64,000 nucleotides of DNA from Promethearchaeati archaeon SRVP18_Atabeyarchaeia-1 (GTDB taxonomy: Archaea > Asgardarchaeota > Atabeyarchaeia > Atabeyarchaeales > Atabeyarchaeaceae): assembly GCA_037308085.1 (NCBI GenBank), contig CP147779.1:992001-1056000 (forward strand), given 5' to 3'. Within the stretch, counting starts at the first letter, position 1. The number at the start of each line of letters is the position of its first letter. Shown one piece after another: positions 32,166 to 41,720 of the stretch. Under the pieces are notes generated by a model. It was not told where the DNA came from and ran no database searches. It saw nothing but the letters and a program-made list of their open reading frames with translations. Made by a program: the position numbers and the translations under genes.

Positions 32166-33146
32166 ATGCATTCATCCATTCGAAGAGCAGATCGCGAATT
32201 CGACGGGCTGAGAAAAGAGCTAATGGAACTCAAGAGCAAGAAGAACGCCGTCATACTGGCGCACAACTATCAGAGACCTGAGGTGCAGGACGTTGCTGAC
32301 TTTGTGGGTGACTCGTTGGGGTTGTCAATTAGCGCGTCGCAGACCAATTGTGACCTGATACTATTCTGTGGCGTAGATTTCATGGCGGAGACGGCCAAGA
32401 TACTGAATCCAGAGAAGAAGGTCCTGATCCCAGATCAGCGCTCCAAATGCCCAATGGCAATGATGCTGGATGTCGGGACTCTGTTGAAAGCGAAGAGATC
32501 ACATCCAGACGCCGACGTGATAATGTATATCAACACTCATGCAGATGTCAAGGCTGAATCTGATTGCATATGTACCTCCGCGAATGCCCCAGAGATAGTC
32601 AACCACTCAAACAAGGATACAGTCTTATTCGGCCCCGACGTAAACCTCAGCTACTACGTGCAGAAGAGGACATCCAAGAAGATAATCACAGTCCCAGAAC
32701 GCGGGATCTGCCCGACACACCACCAGATCTCACTGGAGGAGGTTCTACTGGCGAAGGAAGAGAACCCCGACGCGATCGTACTCGCTCACCCGGAATGTAT
32801 CCCTCAAATACAAGATAGCGCAGACGTCATCGCAAGTACAGAAGGAATGATCAAATTCGTAAAGAGCTCCGACAAAATCAAGTTTATCATAGCTACAGAA
32901 CTGGGTGTAATTCATCGGCTGGAAAAGGAAAGCCCCGCGAGAATCTTCATACCCGCATCAGAGTACGCCATATGCCCGAACATGAAGATGCACACAATAG
33001 AGAAAATGGTGAATGCACTCAAATCAGAGCAACCTGAGATCCTGCTGGCAAAGACGACGATGGAGAGGGCAAAAGTTCCAGTGGAGAGAATGCTGACGAT
33101 ATCAGCGGCACTTGAAGCCAACAAGCAGAGATCACAGGTGCCATAG
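32166..33146 (+). CDS. nadA: Quinolinate synthase
   Basis: 'ILAHNYQ', 'FCGV.FMAE', 'AHPEC', 'C.NMK'. Confidence 0.96.
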   Translation: MHSSIRRADREFDGLRKELMELKSKKNAVILAHNYQRPEVQDVADFVGDSLGLSISASQTNCDLILFCGVDFMAETAKILNPEKKVLIPDQRSKCPMAMMLDVGTLLKAKRSHPDADVIMYINTHADVKAESDCICTSANAPEIVNHSNKDTVLFGPDVNLSYYVQKRTSKKIITVPERGICPTHHQISLEEVLLAKEENPDAIVLAHPECIPQIQDSADVIASTEGMIKFVKSSDKIKFIIATELGVIHRLEKESPARIFIPASEYAICPNMKMHTIEKMVNALKSEQPEILLAKTTMERAKVPVERMLTISAALEANKQRSQVP

Positions 33147-33190
33147 ATTCTTCCAAGCTAGAAGGTTTCCCAACACAATCCCGAGTTGCG

Positions 33191-33221
33191 AGCCCACAGG
33201 CTTCAGCGACGGGTAACTTAC
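33191..33221 (+). mobile_element. Possible degenerate IS200/IS605-type terminal hairpin remnant
   Basis: AGCCCACAGGCTTCAGCGACGGGTAACTTAC resembles the AGCCC..CTTCAG..GGGTAGTTCAC end motif; no transposase nearby. Confidence 0.3.
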
Positions 33222-33315
33222 TGACGCCGCGTTTTCTGTCAGAATCCCAATAGAGTTATATGCACGCCCTATTTCTATAAATCATCCGTCCTAGATCAAG
33301 GAGGAGAATAGCAGG

Positions 33316-34767
33316 TTGTCCGTTTCCGAGCACGTCAAGAAGATAGATGATGTCCGCTGGGAGATCCCAACGACATACAGAGAAGGTATGCGCGTCCCAG
33401 GGAGACTGATCATGAATGAGAAGGTCATGAAAGCCCTTGACAAGGGCGTGCTAGACCAATGCGCAAACGTGGCCACGTTGCCAGGGATCTACAGGTACTC
33501 AATAGCCCTCCCCGACAGCCACTGGGGCTATGGGTTTTGCATAGGCGGTGTCGCCGCTTTTGACATGAACAGTGGTGTGGTTAGTCCGGGGGGAGTCGGT
33601 TACGACATAAACTGTGGAGTGCGGATACTGACTACTAATCTCGATGAAAAGGATGTGCGACCAAGGATTAAGGCGCTCACGTCATCAGTCTTCGACAACG
33701 TGCCGAGCGGGGTGGGCGCCACTGGGAAAATAAGAATAGAAGCCAACAAGCTCGATGCAGTGCTCGAGGGTGGCGCAAAGTGGGCTGTTCAAAATGGGTA
33801 CGGTTGGGAGGAGGATCTTGAGAGAACAGAGGAAAAAGGGTGCATGGAAGAAGCCGATGCTGACAAGGTGAGTTCTAGGGCAAAGCAAAGAGGAGCGCCA
33901 CAGTTGGGGACTCTTGGAAGCGGGAATCACTATTTGGAGACACAAATCGTCGAAAAGATCTTCGATGAAAAGGCAGCCAAAACAATGGGTGTAACCCATA
34001 TCGGCCAGGTGACTGTCATGATCCACACTGGTTCGAGAGGATGTGGACACCAGATAGCCAGTGACTACATACGTGTGATGGAAGGGGCTGCCGTGAAGTA
34101 CAAGATATCACTTCCCGATAGGCAGTTGGCATGTGCACCAATTAACTCCAAGGAGGGTGCAGACTACCTCGCTGGCATGCGATGTGGTGCCAATTACGCT
34201 TGGGCCAATAGGGAATGCATTACTCATTGGGTTAGGGAATGTTTTCAGAAGGTGTTCGCAATCGATCCCGAAAAACTAGGGCTACATATGGTATACGATG
34301 TCGCGCATAATATCGCCAAACTAGAGAATCATGAGATTGAAGGAAAGAGTGTCAGAGTCTGTGTTCATAGAAAGGGCGCTACTCGAAGTTTCGCACCAGG
34401 GCATCCTGACATACCTTCCATGTACAGCGAAATTGGGCAGCCTGTCCTTGTGGGGGGCAGTATGGGTACGGCCAGCTACATTCTGATTGGAACCCACCTG
34501 GCTATGAAGGAAACGTTCGGATCCACAGTCCATGGTGCAGGAAGGACTATGAGTAGGGCTGGTGCGACGCGCAAGTATTCTCCTAGAGACGTTATGAGGA
34601 GATTGGAGTCCCAGGGAATAGAAGTTCAGGCGGCTTCTATTGGAGAGTTGGCTGAGGAGGCGTCTGAGTCGTATAAGAATGTGGATGATGTCGTTGACTC
34701 GGCTGACAAAGCTGGTATATCCAAGAAAGTCGTTAGGCTTCGGCCTCTATCTGTGATCAAAGGTTGA
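33316..34767 (+). CDS. rtcB: RNA-splicing ligase RtcB
   Basis: 'PDSHWGYGF.IGG', 'GYDINCG', 'GSGNH', 'HTGSRG', 'HRKGAT', 'HGAGR'. Confidence 0.96.
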   Translation: MSVSEHVKKIDDVRWEIPTTYREGMRVPGRLIMNEKVMKALDKGVLDQCANVATLPGIYRYSIALPDSHWGYGFCIGGVAAFDMNSGVVSPGGVGYDINCGVRILTTNLDEKDVRPRIKALTSSVFDNVPSGVGATGKIRIEANKLDAVLEGGAKWAVQNGYGWEEDLERTEEKGCMEEADADKVSSRAKQRGAPQLGTLGSGNHYLETQIVEKIFDEKAAKTMGVTHIGQVTVMIHTGSRGCGHQIASDYIRVMEGAAVKYKISLPDRQLACAPINSKEGADYLAGMRCGANYAWANRECITHWVRECFQKVFAIDPEKLGLHMVYDVAHNIAKLENHEIEGKSVRVCVHRKGATRSFAPGHPDIPSMYSEIGQPVLVGGSMGTASYILIGTHLAMKETFGSTVHGAGRTMSRAGATRKYSPRDVMRRLESQGIEVQAASIGELAEEASESYKNVDDVVDSADKAGISKKVVRLRPLSVIKG

Positions 34768-34863
34768 CAAAAGCTTGCGGTATACTACCTTTTTTCTGAT
34801 GATTCTCTTTGTATTCAGCGGGATGCTAATAGATCCTCCCCTTCTCCTAGGTTCCTCCTATGG

Positions 34864-35142
34864 TCATTTCTTCTTCAGAAATTCCTCTTCCAGCTCTTTA
34901 TCGAATTCTCTGTCTTCTTCTGTGAGCAGTTCGTAGCAGCGTTCTCCGCGTATCTCATCTACGTACGGGAAGCACACTCGTATTTCACCTTTGTCTTCTG
35001 CAAATGAGATTGCTTGCTTTGCTTCTTCTGGTGTTAGACCTTCTTCAATTAGCGATTGCTCCATCTTGTCTGCATTGCAGAACTTGCTTTCCTTCGTATC
35101 AGATACCTGTTTTGCTTCCGATATGAGTTGGTTTTCGCTGAT
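34864..35142 (-). CDS. Small hypothetical protein (winged-helix-like, acidic C-terminus), coupled to the upstream endonuclease gene
   Basis: Called ORF 34864-35064 is open upstream to 35160; ATC at 35142 lies 8 nt after GGGGAG. Confidence 0.55.
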   Translation of the reverse strand: MSENQLISEAKQVSDTKESKFCNADKMEQSLIEEGLTPEEAKQAISFAEDKGEIRVCFPYVDEIRGERCYELLTEEDREFDKELEEEFLKKK

Positions 35143-35147
35143 GGCTA

Positions 35148-36623
35148 TTACTCCCCTTTGCTACTTAGCATTCTCATAAGTGCTTCTTGTTTTCTTCTCT
35201 GTGGAAACCCTATCTCGTTGTAGAACATTCTACTATCCTCTGACGAATTTGTCTGTAGCACCCATCTAAAGCCGTAGCCACCTTCTCTGGTGTATATCTC
35301 CCTTGGGTACTTGTTAGTGTTTATACCGAAATCATCATGGAGCATCGTTTCTTCTGACTCCAAGAGTCGTGGACGCTCGGGCTCCAACGCTTCTCGGATA
35401 TCTCCAGGTAGGGCGCGAAACGCATTTTCCGCTTTTTCCCAGCCACTTGGAAATAGTTTTCTCTGCCATCCTTCGCTAAGTGCATCAACTCGGTTTCTCT
35501 GCTCGTCTGATAGTCTATGAGTTGGGTCTACGACTCTCGACAGTGAAACTAGCCCGAATTTAGGAGAAACTGACCCCTCATCGCCAAAGGCTTGTTTCAG
35601 CCACTCCCGTTTCATCTCCTTTGATCCTTCCCGTATGAATGTAGGTACGTCCGGGTTTTGCACAATGATTTCGCCAGTTATTGCCCCCGATCTCTGTAGT
35701 ACATGTCCTATGACTTCCGTTGATGTGCGGACTTTCGCAACCTCTTCATTGCCGTATTCTTTGTTGCTTATGTTTGCTCTGCCGAATATGTTTTCTAGTG
35801 ATTCTGCGGTTCTGTTTCTTTGTTCTGCGTCATTGTTTGCGTAGCTGAATAGTAGTCTTCCGTCTTGGAATGCAGGGAGTGTCCCATCTGAGAATCTTGC
35901 GGCGTGTATTCGTGCTCCGTCGATGTTGTCCAGTTTGAAGGGTAGATTCGGGTTCTCAATCGCTCTCTTGCCTCCCATTGCCGTGATGTGGCTGTTCGGT
36001 TCATTGAGGTGTCTGTCTATGTATGTCAGGATTGGAATCAGTTTATCAGCCCTCATACCGTCCTGTTGGCCATATAGATGGTCGGATAGGTATGAGACGT
36101 TAATGTGTGTCCCTCTCTCCTCTAATTCTCGACCGAGCACTGCCGCACCTCCTGCTTTGTTTATTGCAGCTTCAAGTAACTCGTGTCTGTAATTCTTGTC
36201 TAGGCATATTTCGGTGTGTGGTGAAAGTGCGTACCATGGTGTCTCGTAGGGTGGGATTGTCATGTTTTCTCTTGGTATATGAAGGAATTCTTCACCTTGT
36301 CTTGCTTTGTATCTGTTGAGTTCCAAATCCCCTATCTTTTCTTGTTCGACTGTTGTGATCTTGTAGTGCTGATTCTTGTGGATTATTGTAAGTCCTTCGT
36401 TCATGTCGAACTTTAGGGTTGTCTTGTCGTCTAGTCTTGCTTCGTCTTTCTCGGGTATTACTCCTTGTCTTGCGAGGAGTTCCGGGTTGCCTCCGACGAA
36501 CGCTTGTGGGTCTTCGCTTAGCTTGAGAGGAACGCGTTTCTCTTCTTCGTGGTCGGCGACGTGCCTTACGCTTGCGCCAGCTTCCTTGTCGTGGTCAAGG
36601 TCTGACCACTCGGTCGGTGCCAT
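35148..36623 (-). CDS. Free-standing LAGLIDADG (DOD) homing-endonuclease-like protein
   Basis: 'ARIHAARFSDGT' and 'WLKQAFGDEGSV' motifs, 'P.FI' block D, 'FYNEIGF..RKQ.AL' block H; no Hint splicing motifs. Confidence 0.75.
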   Translation of the reverse strand: MAPTEWSDLDHDKEAGASVRHVADHEEEKRVPLKLSEDPQAFVGGNPELLARQGVIPEKDEARLDDKTTLKFDMNEGLTIIHKNQHYKITTVEQEKIGDLELNRYKARQGEEFLHIPRENMTIPPYETPWYALSPHTEICLDKNYRHELLEAAINKAGGAAVLGRELEERGTHINVSYLSDHLYGQQDGMRADKLIPILTYIDRHLNEPNSHITAMGGKRAIENPNLPFKLDNIDGARIHAARFSDGTLPAFQDGRLLFSYANNDAEQRNRTAESLENIFGRANISNKEYGNEEVAKVRTSTEVIGHVLQRSGAITGEIIVQNPDVPTFIREGSKEMKREWLKQAFGDEGSVSPKFGLVSLSRVVDPTHRLSDEQRNRVDALSEGWQRKLFPSGWEKAENAFRALPGDIREALEPERPRLLESEETMLHDDFGINTNKYPREIYTREGGYGFRWVLQTNSSEDSRMFYNEIGFPQRRKQEALMRMLSSKGE

Positions 36624-36664
36624 ATGCAAGCCATCTCCATCAGAAGAGCGTTGAAGATTCACGA

Positions 36665-36672
36665 TATTTATA
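36665..36672 (-). promoter_or_regulatory. TATA box of the free-standing endonuclease gene
   Basis: TATAAATA on the minus strand ~40 nt upstream of ATG 36623. Confidence 0.45.
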
Positions 36673-36873
36673 CCCCAAGAAACCAAGATGACATGTGTCG
36701 TCGGGCGAAATCCACATGAGTCATCATGGATTAGGAACCTAGTGATGGAAGTCGTCAGGCGAACATTCAGCTATCTAACAGCACGGCATCAGAAGCGCGC
36801 GCCGCGCAAGAAGGAAAGACCTCACCTAGGAATAGAAGAGTCGAGGAAGAGACTAGGAGAAGACTCGGTAGAG

Positions 36874-39800
36874 TTACCCGAAAAGTGCCTCTCCCCCGAT
36901 TTTGTGCCTGTCCAGAAGTTCTTGCCTCTTGGCGGCGTTCCAGCCGGCAACACCGCCATTCTTGCCGACAGACTGGTAGTAGCCAGTGATCCTCGAGTAC
37001 CACTCCACATTCTCAGAGTTGCAGTTCGGGCAAGAATCCCTTAACCCAGGCGAAGTAATATTGCAGTTCCCACACACCGTCAAATCCTTCGTATACGCGA
37101 AGTACCCGATTTGGGTCTCAGTCGCGATCTTCCTGGTTAACCTCATGAGCGCCTCTGGATCAGGGTTCGATTCTCCGAGCCATATGTGGAACATGTTGCC
37201 ACCTGACATGAGTGCCCAGAAGGGTTGCTCGACTCTAAGCTTCTCAGAGAGGGAGATTCGGGCTGCGACGTTGGCGTGAGTGCCATTTGAGTAATATACT
37301 GGTGCATCTGCTCCGTCGCTCACGGACCTCTCTTCCCAAGCCTTGAGATCACCTTTCACGACGCTCCTGGACTCCTGCGGATGATGAATTAGATCGGCTA
37401 CCGCCATGGACTGGGAGCATGACTCTGCAGGGGTTCTTGCTATCGCCAGTAGCAGACCAGATTCCTCTTCAAGCTCTTTTCTGATCTTCTCCATTTCCAC
37501 AACAGTTCTGAGCGCGAATCTTAGTGAACCGTTGCTTTCGTGTAGTTGCTCTCCGACGTGGAATTGAACCATCTCATTGACGCCAACTAGGCCTATTATG
37601 TAGCGAAGAGTCTTCACGTCCACGAGGGGCGGTAACGCCTTGCCGTCGACCTTTGGCGTCATTGTCATGAAAGGCAGGAGGCCATTCTTGATCTGTTTGT
37701 CTAGTAGTCGCTTCTTGATCTGGAAGGTCTCTATCGACATTCTCATGCTTTTCTCGATCTCATCCCATAACCGCGTATCGTTGCCTTTGGCAATGTAAGC
37801 ATGTTGTGGCATGTTGAGGCTGACAACCTGCACAGCTCCCCAGGAGAAGTGCTTCCCGTCCGTGAAGTTCAGCTTATCCCAGAACTCGGGATCCTCAGTT
37901 GGAGAACTTGCCTGATCGTAGGAGCAACACTGATAGCAGCCTAATCTGACTCCGCCATCTTCTCCTCCACTTCTATAACCTGGTATCTTGTTCTCGAAAT
38001 ACGGGATACCGAACTTGGAGGTTAATTTTGCAGCCAGAAGATAGGACTCATCATATTCAGGGCGCATGAATTCCTTGTCGTAGACAATCTCCATCTTCGG
38101 GAAGAAGAACGGCTTCCCCCACTTATCTCCTTCCATTGCCACCTCACAAAGCGCATTGAAAAACATGTGGGTCTCATCTTCATAGTCGCCATAAACGTCA
38201 TTTAGTAGCTTCCCTCCCTTGACGACGCGTATGTCCCTGAAGATCTTCGGGACTCCAGGGGGCATCTCGATTGAGGCGAATAGCAGCTGACCACCCCGAG
38301 CAACGTAGGCTTGAGTGTGCTCAAAGAAAAGCATCTGTGCGAGTTGCTTGACTCTTTCATAAGGCAATCCTCTCATATAGGGAGCGAAAAAGAGCGTGTA
38401 GTTGTACCATCCTTGTCCACCAGCCCAGTTAGTTTGAGCGGATGCCAAGGCTTTCACCGAGTGAAGGATGGCAACCTCCGCGTGCTTTGCTGGACCCGCA
38501 ACGGAGGTTCTGGCACCCACGCCATCTGGCAGAAGGCCTCCATAAAAGAAGTACCTCAAGTCATGATTCTGGCAGTTATGGACGATAATTCCTTCCGCGT
38601 TTGAAAAGACGTGAGTATCGCTATCAACAGTCAAATCATATACAAACCCACTATAAGGCACTAGCTCCTTTCTTACTATTTTCCGTTCTTCTGCTTCATA
38701 CGGATCGTTACTGGTACGTTCAAAGTCATCGGCTTCTAAATACTCATTCCTACCATCGCCACCTATGAATCTGAATCCTTTATCACGTAATTGTCTCAAG
38801 TAATTGCGCTTTTTCGTTCCTATCAAGAACATCTTCGTCTTGCTTGCTCCTGCCAAATAGGTGTACATGCTTAATGATACGCCGAATCTTCTAAACAGGA
38901 AAACCATTTGATGTGCCAAAACTGGAGAGCTTGTATGATACGCAAAGAAATAGGTTGTGCAAACACCTTTCCGTCTGACTCCTAGTTTCTGTAGTGAACC
39001 ATCACCAGAAAACAAGCCAGACAACAAGCCAATAACGAACTCTTTGTTCGTGCTCAGTAGTATGTCGGGAATTCGCTTATTGATAGCTCCTCTACTAATA
39101 CCAAAGATGTCGTGGAAGAGGTGATAAAGTGGCTTTGATGACACCATGCACTGCGGAGTCGGAGCAGTATGAGTCGTTCTGCATGGCGCCAGATAGATTC
39201 TCTCCATATGCTTGGAAAACCTATGCAAGATGTTTGGATTTGAATTTGTTATTCCCACTCCCTTTTCTTTCACAAAGTGTCCTTCACTAACAAAGAGACC
39301 TACCACTTCTCCAAGCTCCCCTGTAAGGGGGATTATCCGCTGCAGTGTTCTACGACACTTGTAGTAAGAAAAGGTTACGTTCGTGGGAAGGTGTATTCCA
39401 AGCGTTCTGATCGTCCAAAGCGGTATAGTCTTTCTATGTTTCCAGCCATACACCGTTCCTAGAGGCAAATTCAGTTTTCGAGCTATCCCATACCAACTCG
39501 AGACATCTTCTATGTACTTATTTGCTCCTTTCACATACCACTTTCTATCATCTTTTTCAATCAGTTCAAGCAAATCGAGATTTATTATCTCAGACTGCGG
39601 GTTTATTTCTTCCATTATCGATACTTTATCTCCAATCTCTATCAGTTCTGCCGCAACAACCCCCTTCCCTATGACAGGGATTGGATGATCCGGAGTCACT
39701 TTTATTGCATATCCTCCTCTACACCTCAACCGTATCAAGTTGCCATTGAAACTATGTCTATAAACTTTTGTTATTGGCTTGAAGCCTTCCGGAGTCGTGA

Positions 39801-40518
39801 TGCAGACTCTTTCCTTTGGAACGAAAATCTCCCAATTGTCCTTCTCTGATTCTAATGAACATCTATCAACAAGGTTCTCAATTGGACTGACATGCACAAC
39901 GTCACTATTTGTAAATGCTATCATTTCATCTGCCGCAATGCAGAAGGGTCTCGTCGCAAAGTACTCCAAATCGTGAATGTGGATCCTCTTCTTCATGTGG
40001 GCGTCAGCCAGGTAGGGAGGGATGACAGCAAGCAGGTTAGCCTCCTTCGCAGTCCTGTCAGCGACTTTCTTATGAAGAGTCTCTGGGTTGGGCTGGCTGT
40101 TGGCATTCTCCCGCGCCTCAAACCCTCTTCCTTCCATTATCTTTATGTAGTCATAAACCGGCATACCCACTCTCGTGTAGAAATTCCTGTAAATAGCATA
40201 CCTGGGCTCCCGAGTCGCCTTCATGAGCATTTCAGCGCAAATCAGTTCCCTGATAAGTGGACCACTAACAAATGGTAAGCGCTTGATGTGCTTGTACACC
40301 CGGTTAGCTAGTTCTTCCGATTCCTCCCTCTTCAGGGGAGTCAAGTCCGGGTAATGCTCAGTCGCTAGGGCCGTCTCCTTTAGTAAGCTGTCAATAATCT
40401 TCTGTTTATCGAAGAACTCGATTATGCCTCTGTTTGTCCTGACAAGAGGTCTACCGCGCTTGCTGAGCTGAACGCTTTCAACCCAACTTGCAACATAGGG
40501 GTCATTCATCACATCCAT
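36874..40518 (-). CDS. nrdD: Anaerobic (class III) ribonucleoside-triphosphate reductase, intein-containing
   Basis: ATP-cone-like N-terminus, 'IHIHDL', 'TPAES', 'YYSNG', CxxC..CxxC, glycyl-radical 'RITGY'. Confidence 0.95.
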   Translation of the reverse strand: MDVMNDPYVASWVESVQLSKRGRPLVRTNRGIIEFFDKQKIIDSLLKETALATEHYPDLTPLKREESEELANRVYKHIKRLPFVSGPLIRELICAEMLMKATREPRYAIYRNFYTRVGMPVYDYIKIMEGRGFEARENANSQPNPETLHKKVADRTAKEANLLAVIPPYLADAHMKKRIHIHDLEYFATRPFCIAADEMIAFTNSDVVHVSPIENLVDRCSLESEKDNWEIFVPKERVCITTPEGFKPITKVYRHSFNGNLIRLRCRGGYAIKVTPDHPIPVIGKGVVAAELIEIGDKVSIMEEINPQSEIINLDLLELIEKDDRKWYVKGANKYIEDVSSWYGIARKLNLPLGTVYGWKHRKTIPLWTIRTLGIHLPTNVTFSYYKCRRTLQRIIPLTGELGEVVGLFVSEGHFVKEKGVGITNSNPNILHRFSKHMERIYLAPCRTTHTAPTPQCMVSSKPLYHLFHDIFGISRGAINKRIPDILLSTNKEFVIGLLSGLFSGDGSLQKLGVRRKGVCTTYFFAYHTSSPVLAHQMVFLFRRFGVSLSMYTYLAGASKTKMFLIGTKKRNYLRQLRDKGFRFIGGDGRNEYLEADDFERTSNDPYEAEERKIVRKELVPYSGFVYDLTVDSDTHVFSNAEGIIVHNCQNHDLRYFFYGGLLPDGVGARTSVAGPAKHAEVAILHSVKALASAQTNWAGGQGWYNYTLFFAPYMRGLPYERVKQLAQMLFFEHTQAYVARGGQLLFASIEMPPGVPKIFRDIRVVKGGKLLNDVYGDYEDETHMFFNALCEVAMEGDKWGKPFFFPKMEIVYDKEFMRPEYDESYLLAAKLTSKFGIPYFENKIPGYRSGGEDGGVRLGCYQCCSYDQASSPTEDPEFWDKLNFTDGKHFSWGAVQVVSLNMPQHAYIAKGNDTRLWDEIEKSMRMSIETFQIKKRLLDKQIKNGLLPFMTMTPKVDGKALPPLVDVKTLRYIIGLVGVNEMVQFHVGEQLHESNGSLRFALRTVVEMEKIRKELEEESGLLLAIARTPAESCSQSMAVADLIHHPQESRSVVKGDLKAWEERSVSDGADAPVYYSNGTHANVAARISLSEKLRVEQPFWALMSGGNMFHIWLGESNPDPEALMRLTRKIATETQIGYFAYTKDLTVCGNCNITSPGLRDSCPNCNSENVEWYSRITGYYQSVGKNGGVAGWNAAKRQELLDRHKIGGEALFG
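38575..39942 (-). mobile_element. Intein with LAGLIDADG endonuclease (456 aa) in NrdD
   Basis: Begins C193 'CIAADE', block B 'VTPDHPI', 'GLFVSEG' and 'SGLFSGDG', ends 'VYDLTV...IIVHN' followed by Cys+1. Confidence 0.93.
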
Positions 40519-40552
40519 GTCATGCTATCCTCCTCGCGTCATAATATGAAAA

Positions 40553-40819
40553 CTACTTTCCGACAAACCTCGTGATCTGCTCCTTCCTAAGGCTATTACC
40601 TGAGTCAAAGATTTCATTCGCTCTTAGCACATCGTTTCCTTTTACGAGCGCTGGAACGGAATATATATTCAGCATCAAAGCGTCCACTTTGTTGTCCGCA
40701 TCGTCTATACTGGACTCAACGTACTTCACGTCGATGGAATTCAGGTAACTCTTCAATGCTCTGCAACTTGGGCAATTTGTCTCCACAAACATCTTCACAG
40801 ATCTTTCTTTGCTCGCCAA
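40553..40819 (-). CDS. Glutaredoxin/NrdH-like redoxin
   Basis: CPSC and 'SVPAL' motifs; directly upstream of nrdD. Confidence 0.85.
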   Translation of the reverse strand: MASKERSVKMFVETNCPSCRALKSYLNSIDVKYVESSIDDADNKVDALMLNIYSVPALVKGNDVLRANEIFDSGNSLRKEQITRFVGK

Positions 40820-40971
40820 GAGTTGCCTCGCCGTCCACTATCAGTGAATCAACATCCCTGTTCAGGCGGATTCACCCTGGTTGTGCGTTGATACCCTCTA
40901 CTTGGGTGAATTCCTTGGAAGATACCTCTCCCTCGGGTCCCAGAAGACATTTCCTATATTCAGCGCCATGG

Positions 40972-40988
40972 TTATATAAAATTTTCTT
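40972..40988 (-). promoter_or_regulatory. BRE/TATA promoter of the redoxin-nrdD operon
   Basis: aagaaaa-ttttatataa on the minus strand. Confidence 0.6.
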
Positions 40989-41176
40989 GAGTAAATCATC
41001 AACAAAAGCACGGCATCCAAAGCGGAAATTGACACCGAAGTGTCAAGGTAATACTACAGGCTTACCGGCACTTCATGGACTGCAATGACCTGTTCTCCAG
41101 ACGGCTGCCAAATCAAAAAGAGAGAAAACACAAAAGAAGTATGGAGACGCTGGGACGTCAGATTATCGCTTGACAC

Positions 41177-41305
41177 CTACTCCTCTGATTCCTCTTCTTC
41201 CTCATCCTCGAGGTCCTCGTCTTCATCCTCGTCTTCCAAGTCTTCGTCTTCCTCGTCTTCATCCTCGTCTTCTTCGTCCTCGAATTCTTCGTCTTCTTCT
41301 TTCAT
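41177..41305 (-). CDS. Polyacidic microprotein (42 aa, 36 Asp/Glu); not in the ORF track
   Basis: ATG..TAG ORF MKEEDEEFEDEEDEDEDEEDEDLEDEDEDEDLEDEEEEESEE with GGAGG SD upstream (alternative TTG start at 41311). Confidence 0.7.
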   Translation of the reverse strand: MKEEDEEFEDEEDEDEDEEDEDLEDEDEDEDLEDEEEEESEE

Positions 41306-41720
41306 CTCCAAGTGATCCTCCTATCATGCTTATCGTCTATCTGAGGGTGGAAGAGATCTTTTGTTAAGGCAGCTAAGAGTTGTCAACCATGAATTAGATA
41401 TTTTTGTTGCCTCAGTAAATGAGGAATAGGTGAGCTTATGAGGGCGTTTTGAGGATATTTGGATTAGAAAATTAAATTCTGGACCTTGTTGCACTCTTTT
41501 CACCACTTTTGAGCCGAATGGAGGTGGGAATTTTCTTCAATTGCCATTATCTTTGTGCACATGATAGTCGCATACGGAAATCTTCGAATCGATGGTGGCA
41601 ATCTCCAGATCAAGGCTATGCTAACCGGTTCGAAGCTCGGCAAACTACTTATATGCAAGAAATGAGGTTAATAGCGGCAATCAGTTCGCCTTGCAGGAAC
41701 CATCGCCTGGGAGTACCCAG

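Noticed and set aside
36845-36866. Tandem GGAAGAGACT repeat after nrdD
   Set aside because: Only two copies, within a pyrimidine-rich terminator-like tract; not CRISPR-like.
41085-41367. Poly-Ser and Pro/Arg-rich plus-strand ORFs
   Set aside because: They are antisense shadows of the polyacidic minus-strand ORF, which has the SD.
41570-41650. CCGGTTCGAAGCTCGG resembling a tRNA T-arm
   Set aside because: No acceptor, D or anticodon stems can be built.
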